The position numbers and the translations under genes were made by a program. Below the pieces are notes generated by a model. It saw only the letters and a list, made by a program, of their open reading frames with translations. It was not told where the DNA came from and searched no databases. From Squalus acanthias (Eukaryota): a stretch of DNA of 64,000 nt. The stretch lies in assembly GCA_030390025.1 (NCBI GenBank), contig CM059432.1:28460001-28524000 (forward strand), read 5' to 3'. Shown here one piece after another: positions 24,052-36,537 of the stretch; position 1 is the stretch's first letter, and every line of letters begins with the position of its first letter.

Positions 24052-26495
24052 CGAGAGTACAAAAGCAAGGACGTTATGATAAACCTGGTTCGGTCTTAAC
24101 TGGAGTACTGTGTCCAATTCTGGGCACCACACTTTAGGAAGGTTGTGAAGGCCTTAGAGGGGGTGGAGAAAAGATTTACAAGAATTGTTCCAGGGATGAA
24201 GGACTTCAGTTACGCGAATAGACTGGAGAAGCTGGGGTTGTTCTCCTTAGAGCAGAGAAGGTTAAGAGGAGATTTGATAGAGCTGTTTGATAGAGGTGTT
24301 CAAAATCATGAGGGGTCTAGACGAGTAGATAGAGATAAACTGTTCCCATTGGCAGAAGGGTCGAGAACCAGAGGACACAGATTTAAGGCGATTGGCAAAA
24401 GAACCAAAGGCGACATGAGGAAAAACTTTTTTACGCAGCGAGTGGTTAGGATCTGGAATGCACTGCCTGAAAGGGTGGTGGAGGCAGACTCAATCGTGGC
24501 TTTCAAAAGGGAATTGGATAAGTACCTGAAGGAAAACAATTTGCAGGGCTACGGGGAAAGGGACTATCTGAAGTGCTCTTGCAGAGAGCTGGCACGGGCT
24601 CGACTGGCCTCCTTCTGTGCTGTAACCATTCTATAACATGACAAGAAAAAGTGACGCATTTTTGAAGGAAGAATGAGGAGAAGCAATATAAACCAAATGG
24701 TATAATTTTTAAGGGTGTACAAGGTATTGGTGAGACCGCACCTGGAATACTGCATACAGTTTTGGTGTCCTTACTTAAGGAAAGACATCCTTGCTCTCGA
24801 GGCAGTGCAAAAAAGGTTCACTCGGTTAATCCTGGGGATGAGGGGGTGGTCATATGAGGAGAGGTTGGGTAGATTGGGACTCTACTCATTGGAGTTCAGA
24901 AGAATGAGAGGCGATCTTATTGAAACATAAGATTGTGAAGGGGTTGGATCGGGTGGATGCGGGAGGATGTTCCCGATGACGGGTGAGACTAGAACTAGGG
25001 GACATAGTCTTAGAATAAGGGGCTGCTCTTTCAAAACTGAGATGAGGAGGAACTACTTCACTCAGAGGGTGGTAGGTCCATGGAATATGCTGCCACAAAA
25101 AGCTGTAGAAGCTACATCATTAAATAAATTTAAAACAGAAAGAGACAGTTTCCTAGAAGTAAAGGGCATTAAGGGTTACGGGGAGCGGGCAGGAATTTGG
25201 ACATGAGTCTAGGTTCGGATCCGGTCATGGCCCTGTGGGTAGTGGAGCTGGCCTAGGGACCGTGTAGCCTGATTCTGCTCCTATTTCGTGTGTGCAATTC
25301 TGTTAGATGCAGGAGATGGTTCTGTGATAGATAGTAGATTGGCGGTTAGGATCAGATCAGCCATGATCTTGTTGAATGGCGGAGCAGGCTCGAGGGGCCG
25401 ATTGGCCTACTCCTGCTCCTATTTCTTATGTTCTTATGTTCTAATAGAGACACCTGGGGGTTTGCATACAGAAATCTTTGAAGGTAGCAAGACCAGTTGA
25501 TAAGGTTATTAAAAAAAGCGTATGGGATCCTTGGCTTTACAAAGAGTACAAAAGCAAGGAAGTTATGCTAATCCTTTACAAATCACTGTTTAGGCCTCGG
25601 CTGGAGTACTGTGTCCAATTCTGGGCACCACACTTTAGGAAGGATGTCAAGGCATTGGAGAGGGTGCAGAGGAGATTTAATAGAATGGTACCATGGATGA
25701 GGGACTTCAGTTATGTGGAAAGACTAGAGAAGATGGATTGCTCTCCTTAGAGCAGAGAAGATTATGGCAAGATTTAATAGAGCCATTCAAAATTATGAAG
25801 GGTTTTGATACAATAAATAAGGAGAAACTGTTTCCACTGGCAGAAGGGTCAGTAATCAGATAACACAGATTTAAGGGAATTGGCAAAAGAGGCAGAGATG
25901 AGAGGACGAGACTTTTTTTTTTTTACACGAGTGATTATGATCTGGAATTCACTGGCTGAAAGGGTAGGTGGAAGCAGATTCAATAGTACCTTTCAAAAGG
26001 GAATTAGATTAATACTTAAATGGGAGAAAATTGCAGGGCTATGGGGAAAGAGACTAATTAGATAGCACTTTCAAAGAGCAGGCACAGGCACGATGGGCCT
26101 CCTTCTGTGCCATAAGATGCTATGTTGATGAAAGAACAGGACGCTAACTCTTCAAGCAGTTCAGATGGGTTCAATCATGACACAGTCAAGCTACAGGGGC
26201 TGCTGACAAGTAGAAGCTCGGCCACCCTTCATCTTGGTTTTGATGCTGAAAAACACGGTGAAGTTTGACAGCGTCACGTCTATGACAATTATGTCAATCT
26301 TCCCAGTTTTCATCCAAACGCCAAACCTTGAGTAGTTGCTCCCTCCTCCAAAATAAGTAGGAGGCCGAAGAAAAAGAAACGGACATAAAAAATTTTTGAA
26401 GTTAGAAAAAAAAGAGACAGTGCAATGGATACAGAACACTAATTATAACAGGGAGAAAGATACTAGGATAAAATGATCAAAAACGAAAAAAAAAG

Positions 26496-26966
26496 ACTTG
26501 CATTTATATAGTGCCTTTCACAACCTTAGGACGTCCCGAAGTGCTTTACAGCCAATGAAGTACTTTTTGAAGTGTACTCACTGTTGTAATGTAGGAAACG
26601 CGGCAGCCAATTTGCACACATCTGGCTCTCAAACAGCAATGTGATACTGACCAGATAATCTGTTTTAGTGATGTTGATTGAGGGATAAATATTGGCCAGG
26701 ACACTGGGGATAACTCCCCTGCTCTTCTTCGAAATAGCGCCATGGAATTTTTTACGTCCACCTGGGAGAGCAGACGGGGCCTCGGTTTAACGTCTCATCC
26801 GAAAGATGGCACCTCAGACAGTGCAGCGCTCCCTCAGCACTGCACTCCCTCAGCACTGCACTGGAGTGTCAGCCTAGATTTTTTGTGCTCAAGTCTCTGG
26901 AGTGGGACTTGAACCCACAACCGTCTGACTCCGAGGCGAGCGTGCTACCAACTGAGCCATGACTGA
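26496..26966 (-). mobile_element. near full-length Deu-domain tRNA-derived SINE (SacSINE1-like) with L2-type tail
   Basis: rc head gtcagtcatggctcagttggtagcac...ggttcaagtccca (A and B boxes); Deu core tctttcggatgagacgttaaaccgaggccccgtctg; tail rc ggcactatataaatgcaagtc. Confidence 0.88.
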
Positions 26967-27566
26967 CATTCCATGACAAAAGGAAAATGGACAAAAAAAG
27001 TAAATTTGATCAATATAAAGTAGTGGCCCAGATTAATAGTAGACCCTTTGTACATTATGAGCAAGGTCACTGGTTTTCTACGTTTGTGTAAAAATGGAGG
27101 AAATTGCAGACCACCAATAAAAAGCCCCAATTCCTGTGTAATAAAACGGAATTCGATTTATTCAGTTACCACAGCCCAAGAACTGATAATTATCACACAT
27201 TTAGGGATCCTAAGCAATGGACCTGCCAACCTGCGCATAAGCTCTTCATGCTTGGGTAAGTGTGCTGTGTCCCTATGGGGAAGAGGCGCAGTACTTCAAA
27301 TCTGACAAACAGAAAGCCTCTTGTGAATTTCTCAGTAATTTGTTTTGGAGACTCAAACATGGGTATTTGATTTTTATGCACAGCAGACATCTAACTGACC
27401 AAAAACAAAAATTGGTATAGCAGAGAGTAAGTTGGGATGGCTAGCCCGAAAGTAACATCACCAAGCAGAAATTGATGAAAGTAGCGGATTGGTCTGTACC
27501 TATGTGAGGGTTGAACTCTAAAATATGCTTGCGCCCAAGTGGTTTGAATTTTCAACTAGTTCTAAC

Positions 27567-27701
27567 CTGTGATTTTGTTGAGACGTGCTCTTTTCGCCTG
27601 AAATGAGCAGATAATGCTGGCCTTCCTCTTCCTCGCTCCTGATGTTTCTGCTTGTCCTGAAGTCTGCTTTGGCTCATCGAAGGTCAATGGCTCAGAGTTT
27701 C
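27567..27701 (-). CDS. PHF20L1: PHF20L1 coding exon (NSEPLTFDEPKQ...[24 protein letters not shown])
   Basis: 135 nt, phase 1 to 1; acceptor taaccag|GA; donor G|[20 protein letters not shown] motif; basic NLS-like clusters. Confidence 0.92.
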
Positions 27702-28060
27702 CTGGTTAATACAAACATAGTCATTAAGGTACAACTTCTGGGCACAGCATTATACTGAAATTAATTCAGATTCAAAGTGCATTTACTTTGAATTGGGGCC
27801 TCGGTAGTAAAGTCCTTCACTGCATTAATCACTTTGATTTTTTCCAATTAAACACTGATCTATCCATGACATTTCTAATGCCAATTTCCGCTCCTGAAAG
27901 CAATGAAGTAGTGTGTCACCAGCGATCTTGTACCTTGTCCTCCTTCATGTGAGCTTGGCCAACTCCACCCATTTCATTTCCCTCCAAAAGATAAATCAAG
28001 CCAAACTCTAGAATGCGTATCTGATCTCACAATATTTACACCCCACCAGCTAGCCTTCTT

Positions 28061-28884
28061 TGATGTGACAGCTACAAGGTTACAGCAGCTCAGGAGCCGT
28101 TATGTTCTACAGCATCTCTATTCTGTACGAAAGACTGGTACTCGGAGACCATATAGTAGATGGGAATCACATATGTATAAATTCAAGTGTAGCCATTAAC
28201 CAACTAATCTTACCCACGATTCCCTGTGGGTATGGAAATGTTAAAGACGGTTCGAATATAGCCACGAGGACAGTCAAAAGCAGCTTTGACTAAGCTCTGA
28301 TAAACAGCCACAAGCTGCGAGCGAAGGTTGAATTGTTAAATAACATATTATAATGCTAAGCTTAGTTCACTTAACACTGCTTGTACCAAGGAAGCTAGAA
28401 TAAGAGAGATAAGATAAATTCCAATGAGGTGAAGAACGATAAACAACATAACGATGAAACAGGGTAAAGTTGTAGGAAAAATACTGGAAAGGAGGGGCCA
28501 AGATGCTAATCTTAGTCTGAGTGACAATGATATTTTGACTATTAGAACCAATTAAAAAAGGTGATTTTGTTGAAGACCATATATGGACACTGGCCAAACC
28601 AAACTTTTGATAAGAAATGGGTTAAAACCTTGATACTCGAAAAACAACTTTACACAGACATTACTGCGAAGACAAAGGAACAGACTGAAGACGACGTCAC
28701 CTGTGTCCGAGAGGTTCCAGAGACCAAGGGCTGCGAGCTACTTGTTAAACTATCGCCTGTTGTTAAGTATATTACGCTGTAAGCTTAATAAATCTTGATC
28801 TATTGCTCAAACATAGGCTGCTGCCTATTAGTGTCTTGTCCAAGAACTCTGAGGAATCATTACGTTCTCCCAATTCTGTATTCA
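28061..28884 (+). mobile_element. solo LTR, 824 bp
   Basis: TGA...TCA termini; exact 5-bp direct repeat TTCTT at 28056-28060 and 28885-28889; AATAAA at 28787-28792, about 90 nt before the end. Confidence 0.75.
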
Positions 28885-29110
28885 TTCTTAGAGCCCTGAT
28901 TGTGTATTTATGAAGATTTTTGCTGCTTTTTTTTTCTCCCCCCCACCCCCTTCCCATACACCTCTGCTGAGTGTTGACTCCTTGTTGCTCTACAATTCCA
29001 CAGGTGCTGCTTGCCCTTCAGTACTTCACTCAAACTAACCAACTTTTGCACGTGGAAGATAGACAGTGCGCGTCAGCAGAGTAGTCAATCAGAACTATAT
29101 TTGTATACGT

Positions 29111-29112
<2 letters not shown>

Positions 29113-29152
<40 letters not shown>
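29113..29152. repeat. (AC)20 microsatellite
   Basis: Perfect dinucleotide run. Confidence 0.97.
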
Positions 29153-29154
<2 letters not shown>

Positions 29155-29637
29155 ACTTCAAAACAGCATTGGATCAGGCAATCCAAAAATCTTTTGGTGT
29201 TATTAGATTTCTAAACTAAAATGTTTATTCCTCTTATCGCAGCTCACTAGCAGCTGAGCCACACATATTTGGAGTGTCTCTATTCCCTGGGAATAATGAC
29301 AGAAGACACCTCAGGGAGTTCTAGATAAATACAGCAACAGGTTCTGGTAGGCACATAAATAGATGAATCTAAATGGATTGCAAGGCCGATACATATTTAA
29401 AGAATTGGAAAACCAACCAAAAATGCTTGTGGCGTTCTCCGGCTTCTTAGACTTGATTAACTGCCTAAAAAAAATCCGCTGCCATTTTTGAAAAATTCTA
29501 ACAAGAGCTTATCATTCCACGGTTTTAAAAAAAAATACATTTCTTGACAGGGTTTAGGTGATCTTCAACACAAATCAATTTCAGGCTACAGAATATCGTT
29601 GCAAAGCATAAAGTGTATGGATGGCCTGGCACAATGC

Positions 29638-30072
29638 CAACTTGGCTCAGTTGCTAGCGCTCTTGCCTAGAGTCAGACGCGGCAGGTTCAAGCCCCACCC
29701 CAATCAGAGAGCACATAATCTAGGCAGATGCTCTACTGCAGTACTGAAGGAATGCTGCACGGCCGCAGATGCTACCTTTTGGGCGAGGCACTAAACCTAG
29801 ATCACATCTACCAGTGCCCCTGTGCAGGCGGACATAAAATATCTCATACCACTATACAAAAGAGCAGGGAGGTATCCTGGTGTCATGGGCAATACACCTT
29901 CCTCCCTCAACCAACACCATCAAAAACAGGTCATCTGTCTCACTTGTTTGTTTGGATGTAAATTGACTCCCACCTTTGCCTACAGAACAGTGCAATTAAT
30001 TTGGCTGTAAATCATTGTGCTCTGAAACATCCTGAGGACATGAAGCTACTATATAAATGCAAATTCTTTCTT
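29638..30072 (+). mobile_element. older Deu-domain SINE copy
   Basis: ttggctcagttgctagcgctc...ggttcaagcccca head; tail tactatataaatgcaaattctttcttt. Confidence 0.75.
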
Positions 30073-30084
30073 TATAATGGGAAT

Positions 30085-30680
30085 GCCTTTGATGCCTTCA
30101 GCTGCTTAGGCCCTAAACTCTGGAACTCCCTTCCTAAACCTCTCTATTAGTTTCCTGCTTTACACTTTACCTCTTTGATCAAGCTTTTGGTCACCTGTAC
30201 TAATATCTCCTATGTGGCTCGGTGTGAAATTTTGTTTGATAACGCTCCCCATGAAAGGAAATGATTTAATTGTATCTCCACTTTTGAATTCTTTTATCAT
30301 TTTAAAGACCTCAATTAGATCATCCCTCAACCTTCTAAACTCAAGGGACTACAAACCAAGCTTCTGCAACCTGCCCTCGTAATATAACCCTTCAAGCCCT
30401 GGTATCATTTGGGTGAAGCTGTGCTGTACCCACTCCCCTCCAAGGCCAATATGTCTTTTCTGAGGTTTGGTACCAAAACTGAGCATTGTACTCTAGATGG
30501 GGTCTGACCAAGACCCTGTACAACTGAAGCATCACTTCTTCACTTTTGTATTCCAAACCATCAGAGATAAAGGCAACATTCCTTTAGCTTCTTGATTACC
30601 TTTTGTACCTGTACACTAGATTCTAGTGCTCTGTGCACATGGATTCCCAAATCCCTTTGCTCCTCCACATCTCCTAGTCG
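30085..30680. mobile_element. L2 3' fragment (+, about 30085-30252) followed by a CR1 fragment (-, about 30255-30680)
   Basis: gccttcagctgcttaggccctaaactctggaactccc (L2); rc EEQRDLGIHVHR (CR1). Confidence 0.75.
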
Positions 30681-31038
30681 GTCAGTGGCAACAGCCCAGA
30701 AGCAAGGACTATATTTGGAGAATTCTTCTGGTTTAACATCTTGGTCCAGCTCCCAGACTGAGCAATGTCTCATCACGATTCAACCAATATATGCAAGGTA
30801 GGTTTGGTAGGGGGAATGGAAATGGCGGGTTCTGATTGTTATCACTTAAATGCGATGCACTACTGTAGTAATTTGCTCATGTTAAGAACCGGGGAGAAAT
30901 CACAACAAAGGCACGAGAGGCAGTGTGTTGGGTCTGGTTTCATCATGCGCCAGGTAACATAAGAATAGGTTAGATAGGTGGTTGAACGAAAGTGGAATAA
31001 AGGGCTATAGGATCTGAGTGGCCACACAGGGTTAGAAC

Positions 31039-31230
31039 CAATGTTCCCTGTAAGTTCTGTTTTGATATGCGTGGCTGGTTTTTTTTTTTTATGCGTGGTC
31101 CCTTTAAAGTTCTGCGCATGCGCGGTACTTGCAATGGAAAAGCCGGTGAGCAGCCTGCGCGGGACCTTTCCCATTACTGCGCGGGACCTTTCCTATTACT
31201 GCGTGGCTGGGCAGTTTAGAGGGAACATTG
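31039..31230. mobile_element. hAT-type MITE, same family as 22946-23087
   Basis: TIR CAATGTTCCCTGTAA / TTAGAGGGAACATTG; imperfect 8-bp TSD gttagaac / attagggc; internal ~21-bp tandem duplication ctgcgcgggacctttcc(c/t)atta. Confidence 0.8.
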
Positions 31231-31403
31231 ATTAGGGCTATTGCTTGTGTAGAGGAGAAACTTCAACAGGGACAGGCTGGGCTGAATGGTCCATTTCTGT
31301 GCTGTAATTTAAAAGTAATTCTAAGTGTGTTGGGTCTGGTTCGCTTATGTGCCAGAAAATTCAAAAGTTTTTTTGTGCCCTTTAAAAAAAATATTAATTT
31401 GTC

Positions 31404-31632
31404 TTCAGCTGCCTAGGCCCTAAGCTCTGGAATTCACTCCATAAACCTCACCACCTCTCTCTCCTCCTTTATGTCGCACCTTAAAACCTAGCCCATTGAC
31501 CAATCTTTTAGTCATCTGTCCTAATACCTCTTTATATGGCTCAGTGTTAAATTTTGTCTGATAATGCTCCTGTAAAGCACTTTGGGGTGTTTTTACTATG
31601 TTAAAGGCACTATATAAATTCAAGTTGTTATT
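31404..31632 (+). mobile_element. L2 3' tail abutting a PHF20L1 splice donor
   Basis: ttcagctgcctaggccctaagctctggaattc...ttaaaggcactatataaattcaagttgtt. Confidence 0.85.
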
Positions 31633-31640
31633 ATACTAAC

Positions 31641-31848
31641 CTGAGATAGCAACAGATGCAGGCTGCTCTTGTTTTTTGTGTGCTTCATCCTCTGTCTCTT
31701 TAACGTCTGACATCGCTCCCTCTTTCTTGAAGTGGGATCCTATTCCCATTTTCCTCTTCTCCTTTTCTTTATTAACTCGGTGCTTACTGACTGTCTTATT
31801 CTTTGCAGCAGCTGCTGCTGTAGCAGCTTTAACGAGAGCTAACCAGTC
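31641..31848 (-). CDS. PHF20L1: PHF20L1 coding exon (DWLALVKAATAAAAAKNKTVSKHRVNKEKEKRK...SVAIS G)
   Basis: 208 nt, open in phase 0 to 1; acceptor ttttaacag|GAC; donor G|GTTAGT; DWxALVKAAxAAAAAKNK motif of PHF20L1. Confidence 0.93.
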
Positions 31849-31914
31849 CTGTTAAAAAAAAATCCATCATTCAGAATCATTTCTTTTGCGAGAAGAGGAA
31901 AGAAAGCAGAACAG

Positions 31915-32260
31915 AGGATGTGCATTTCCGGAGACTCAACAAGTTTATCCACCAAGTAGCTAAAGGCTTCAAGCCGAATCTCTGTCTGTGCTGAGGTAGC
32001 CAATTTCGGGTACAGTGGTAGAGGTACTACAAATGGCCTCAGTGCCCCAGGATTGGAAGGGAAGAATCAGCCCGGTCTCTCGCTCCTGATCACTATGTAA
32101 TAACCACTGCTGGAGTTGCACATGTGCCATAGGTGAAGACAGAATTGGGATCGGCTGCGATACCTTGGCGGCTTTACTCAATGTCTCGGTACTGGATGAC
32201 CACTGGTACCAGTGGAACCATACTCCAAAAAAAAGGCAACGCATTCAGGCGTGGAGAAAA
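31915..32260 (+). mobile_element. old tRNA-derived SINE, family not assigned
   Basis: Degenerate similarity to 5030-5468 (opposite strand) and to 47843-48265. Confidence 0.4.
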
Positions 32261-32954
32261 CTGGTGAAAAAAAAAGAGCGCCATTGTGTTTTCCCACAGT
32301 TTGTTACCATAATACCTTTGAAAGAATGTCAATTGCCTTATCCTACAAGGAAAAGGAGCATTATTATTTCAAGTACTCCCCAGTGTGTAATGAATACAAG
32401 ATATATTTATCAAAACATTTAATTAAAAATCCAAGAGGTGATCTTCTGACTTCATGCTGTAGGCAAGGCGTGTCACTGGGCATGAGTGCATATTGCGAAT
32501 TTGGGCATGTGCTGCGCATGCTGTATCACGATTTCACAATTGGAAAATTGTACAGTGTACCCCAAATTTTTAGTCCACATACTCAGCCATCGAGGCTACC
32601 CGCTGGGAACACAAACTCAGAAGATTACCTCTCAAATCTTCAACTGCTTTGGATCCCCACCATGTTGGACCTCCGATGTCTCTGGACCACTCCAGTGCCA
32701 TCATTAACATACCAGAGCACCATGCATCTTGAAGCAGCTCCAATGACAGCAATGACAGCCTTCAGGTTTACCTAAGCACCAATTATTAGCCACCCAGACC
32801 CAGAAAAACACATCGGTGAAGTTACAAAGCAGCCTAACTACAAGAAGATCCGAACTAGTAATTCTCCACTGAAGGCAAGTATTGCACACTAAAAAAAATG
32901 CTAACTAACTTTTTTTTTAAATAAATGCTCGTGGATCCTGTGGTGATCAAGTGA

Positions 32955-34990
32955 TAGAACGTAAGAAGCCCTTCGAGCCTGCTCCACCATTCAATAAGAT
33001 CATGGCTGATCTTCGACCTCAACTCCACTTTCCTGCCCTATCTCCATATCCCTCGATTCCCCTAGAATCCAAAAATCTATCTCAGCCTTGAATATACTCA
33101 ATGATTCAGCATCCACAGCCCTCTGGGGTAGAGAATTCCAAAGATTTACAACTCTGAGTGGAGAAATTCCTCATCTCAGTCTTAAATGGCCAACCCCTTA
33201 TCCTGAGACTATGCCCCCTAGTCCTAGACTCTCCAGCCAGGGGAAACAACCTCTCAGCATCTAACCTGTCAATCGCCCTCAGAATCTTGTATGTTTCAAC
33301 GAGATCATCTCTCATTCTTCTAAACTCGAGAGTATAGGCTCAGTCTACTCAATCTCTCCTCATAGGACAACCCTCTCATCCCAGGATCAATCTAGTAAAC
33401 CTTTGTTATACCTTCCTCAGATAAGGAGACCAAAACTGTGCATAGTACTCCAGGTGTGGTCTCACCAAAGCCCTGTACAATTGTAGTAAGACTTCCTTAC
33501 TCATGTACTCCAACCCCCTTACTATAAAGGCCAACATGTCATTTGCCTTCCTAATTGCTTGCTGTACTGCACGCTAACTTTGTGTTTCCTGTACGAGGAC
33601 ACCTAAATCTCTGTGAACATCAACATGTAAAAAATATTCTGTTTTTCTATTCTTCCTACCAAAGTGAATAACCTCACATTTCCCCACATTATACTCCATC
33701 TGTCACCTTATTGCTCACTCACTTAACCTGTCTATATATACACCTTTGAAGGCTCCTTGTGTCCTCCTCACAGCTTACTTTCCCACCTAGCTTTGTATCG
33801 TCAGTAAACTTGGATACATTGCACTCAGTCCCTTCATCGAAGTCATTAATCTAGATTGTAAGTAGCGGAGGCCCAAGCGCTGATCCTTGAGGCACCCCAC
33901 TAGTTACAGCCTGCCAACCGGAAAATCACCCGTTGATCCCCACTCTCTGTTTTCTGTCTATTAACCAATCCTCTATCCATGCTAATATATTACCCCCAAC
34001 CCCATCTTGCTCAGCAACCTTTTATGTGGCATCTTATCGAATGCCTTTTGGAAATCCAAATATACTACATCCACCGGTTCCTCTTTATCTACCCTGCTAG
34101 TTATATCCTCAAAAAGCTCTAATAAATTTGTCAAACACGATTTCCTTTTTCATTAAACCATGTGGACTCTGCCTAATCATATTATGCTTTTCTAAGTGCC
34201 CAGTTCCCACTTCCTTAATAATGGATTCCAACATTTTCCCCGATGACTAATGTCAGGCTAACTGGCCTGTAATTCCCGGTTTTCTCTCTCCCTCCTTGTT
34301 GAATAGCGGGGTTACATTTGCTACCTTCAAATCCGCTGGGACCGTTCTAGAATCTAGGGAATTTGGAAATTCACAACAGATGCATCCACTATCTCTGTAG
34401 CCAATTCTTTTAGAACCCTAGGATGTAGGCCATCAGGTCCAGGGGATTTGTCGGCTTTTAGTCCCATTAGTTTCTCAAGTATTTTTTCTCTACTGATATT
34501 AATTACTTTAAGTTCCTCATTCTCATTAGCCCCTTGGTTCCTCACTATTTTTGGTATACCTTTTGTGTCTTCTACTGTGAAGACAGATACAAAATATTAA
34601 AGTCTCTGCCATTTCCTTATTCCCCATTATAATTTCTGCTGTTTCAGACTCTTAGGGACCAACGCATACTTTTGCTACTTTCTTCCTTTTTACATACTTG
34701 CAGAAGCTCTTACAATCTGTTTTTATATTTCTTGGTAGTTTACTCTCATATTCTATTTTCTCCCTGTTTTATCAATTTTTTGGACATTCTTTGCCGGTTT
34801 CTAAAGTTCTCCCAAGCCTCAGGCTTACTACTATTCTTCGCAACAGTATAAGCCTCTTCTTTTAATCTAATATTATCCTTAACTTCTTTAGTTAGCCATG
34901 TATGGATCACTTTTCCCCATGCAGTTTTTATTTCTCAATGGAATGTATATTCGTTGAGAATTTTGGAATATTTTTTTAAATGTTTGTCAC
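32955..34990 (-). mobile_element. CR1 LINE, long decayed fragment
   Basis: KSPGPDGLHPRVLKE, RDDLVETYKIL and RTRGHSLRI motifs on the minus strand. Confidence 0.9.
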
Positions 34991-36537
34991 ATATGCAGGA
35001 ATTATATATAAATGCAATATATATATTTATGCAATAATTCTAACTATATATTAAACATTTTGTGTAGTACACACTTCCTATCCACAAATCCTGTTTCCTG
35101 TTGTCATATTCTATGGTCACACTATTCTATCAACATTTAACATTGTAAATCCCAATGTCAACATTTTCCATTCAATTTTTCTATGTCAGCTATCACAATA
35201 GGGTTACAGACAAGAGGTTGTTTTTTTTAAGTGTTTCTCTCAACTCCATCACTATCTTGTATGCAATACAAACTAATATTCATCAACTGATTAATGACAA
35301 CACCACCGGAAATTATTAGTATAAGCATATAAATGGAAGTAGAATTTAACAAAGTAAATTTGGTAATACAAGTTGTGTATTATATATCAGAGAAATTTAT
35401 ATTAGAGAAAAACAATCGATAAATTATGATGTATTTTACATAGTGGCCTAGAAAGAAAATTAATTGATGTAACGTTGAAGATGAAATATTGAAAAAATAG
35501 GAAACAGAATATAAAACAAAAAAGGTAGAATAGGGAGGATGGTACATTTCGAAGTGTTTAATGAAGAAGGGAGGAAAAGGAAGAATGATAGAGGTTTGGT
35601 GCTGCTCACAAACACTGCTTACTATTTTCCTGATGATTGGATTGCATGTGTGCGTGACCCCCCCCCAGAGGGGCGTGCATCCGCAACTGAAGCGAATTGT
35701 AAGGAGCCTTTAAATTTCTCTTCAATGGTTGAATCACTCACGAGTGAGTTCATAATGTGATTGAAGCACTGTAGGAAATAGTAAAGCCCTAACTTAAAAA
35801 TGTGATTACCCTAATAAGCAGGAATTCAGAAGGAAGGTTTTATACCGGTTAGGCACAGTGGGAAGTGATAGGGAGTGGGTCGGTACGTAGGTGGAATCGG
35901 CAGCAATGCATATGCACTGGACGAGATAAAATCAGGCCGAGAAGTCAAGAAAGAACCTCAAAGAGCCCAATCAGGGTAGAGTACACCTGGGCTTTTGGTT
36001 AGCAATCAAGCCCTGGGATAAAAAAAAATTAAATTAAGCCACTGCACAACGCAGAAATGATTGGGGGATGCTTCACTGCACTATTAAGGAATATGTAATT
36101 TTCAGTGTACATCTTCCTAGGAGAATTAAAAATTTCTAAATGATATTATTGATTTCTTTAGCTAGCTTTCCTCTAGCTTCATGAAGTTACATGAAGTGCA
36201 ACGACACGTTATACATGGAACTTTTAAAATATTACCGGTTGATCACTCATGGCACTGGCCACAGGAAGCTAGAGGATCTGGATTTTTATAGGGAAGCGGA
36301 TACCCTGTGGCATGCTGAAGTTGTGTTGGAAGATATGGTGCTTCATACAATATATCAGGACTACTGATTTATGGTGCTTCAATATGTGAAATTGTATTTT
36401 GATTATTGTAGTCGTGTTAACAATATGTTTTGGCTTGAATTTTGCAAATATGTTCATGCTTACATGGAAATTGCAAATGTCCAATTGTTCAGTAAATACT
36501 GGGTGAAGTTAGATTTAATTGCCATTCAGGATGCTTA

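Larger units (their letters stand above)
22820..26125 (+). mobile_element. cluster of at least three tandem or nested CR1 LINE fragments
   Basis: Repeated GAPQGSVLGPLLF, RPHLEYC.QFW.P and LRGDLIE motifs; separate CR1 tails at about 24635, 25440 and 26125. Confidence 0.88.

Noticed and set aside
26130..26440. Minus-strand ORF 26191-26439 behind a pyrimidine tract, as a possible extra exon
   Set aside because: Weak GAG acceptors, no recognisable PHF20L1 similarity and no convincing donor; cannot be supported without transcripts
26900..26966. tRNA-like A/B box sequences here and at about 15050, 29640, 36545 and 47850
   Set aside because: These are SINE heads continuing into SINE bodies, not tRNA genes
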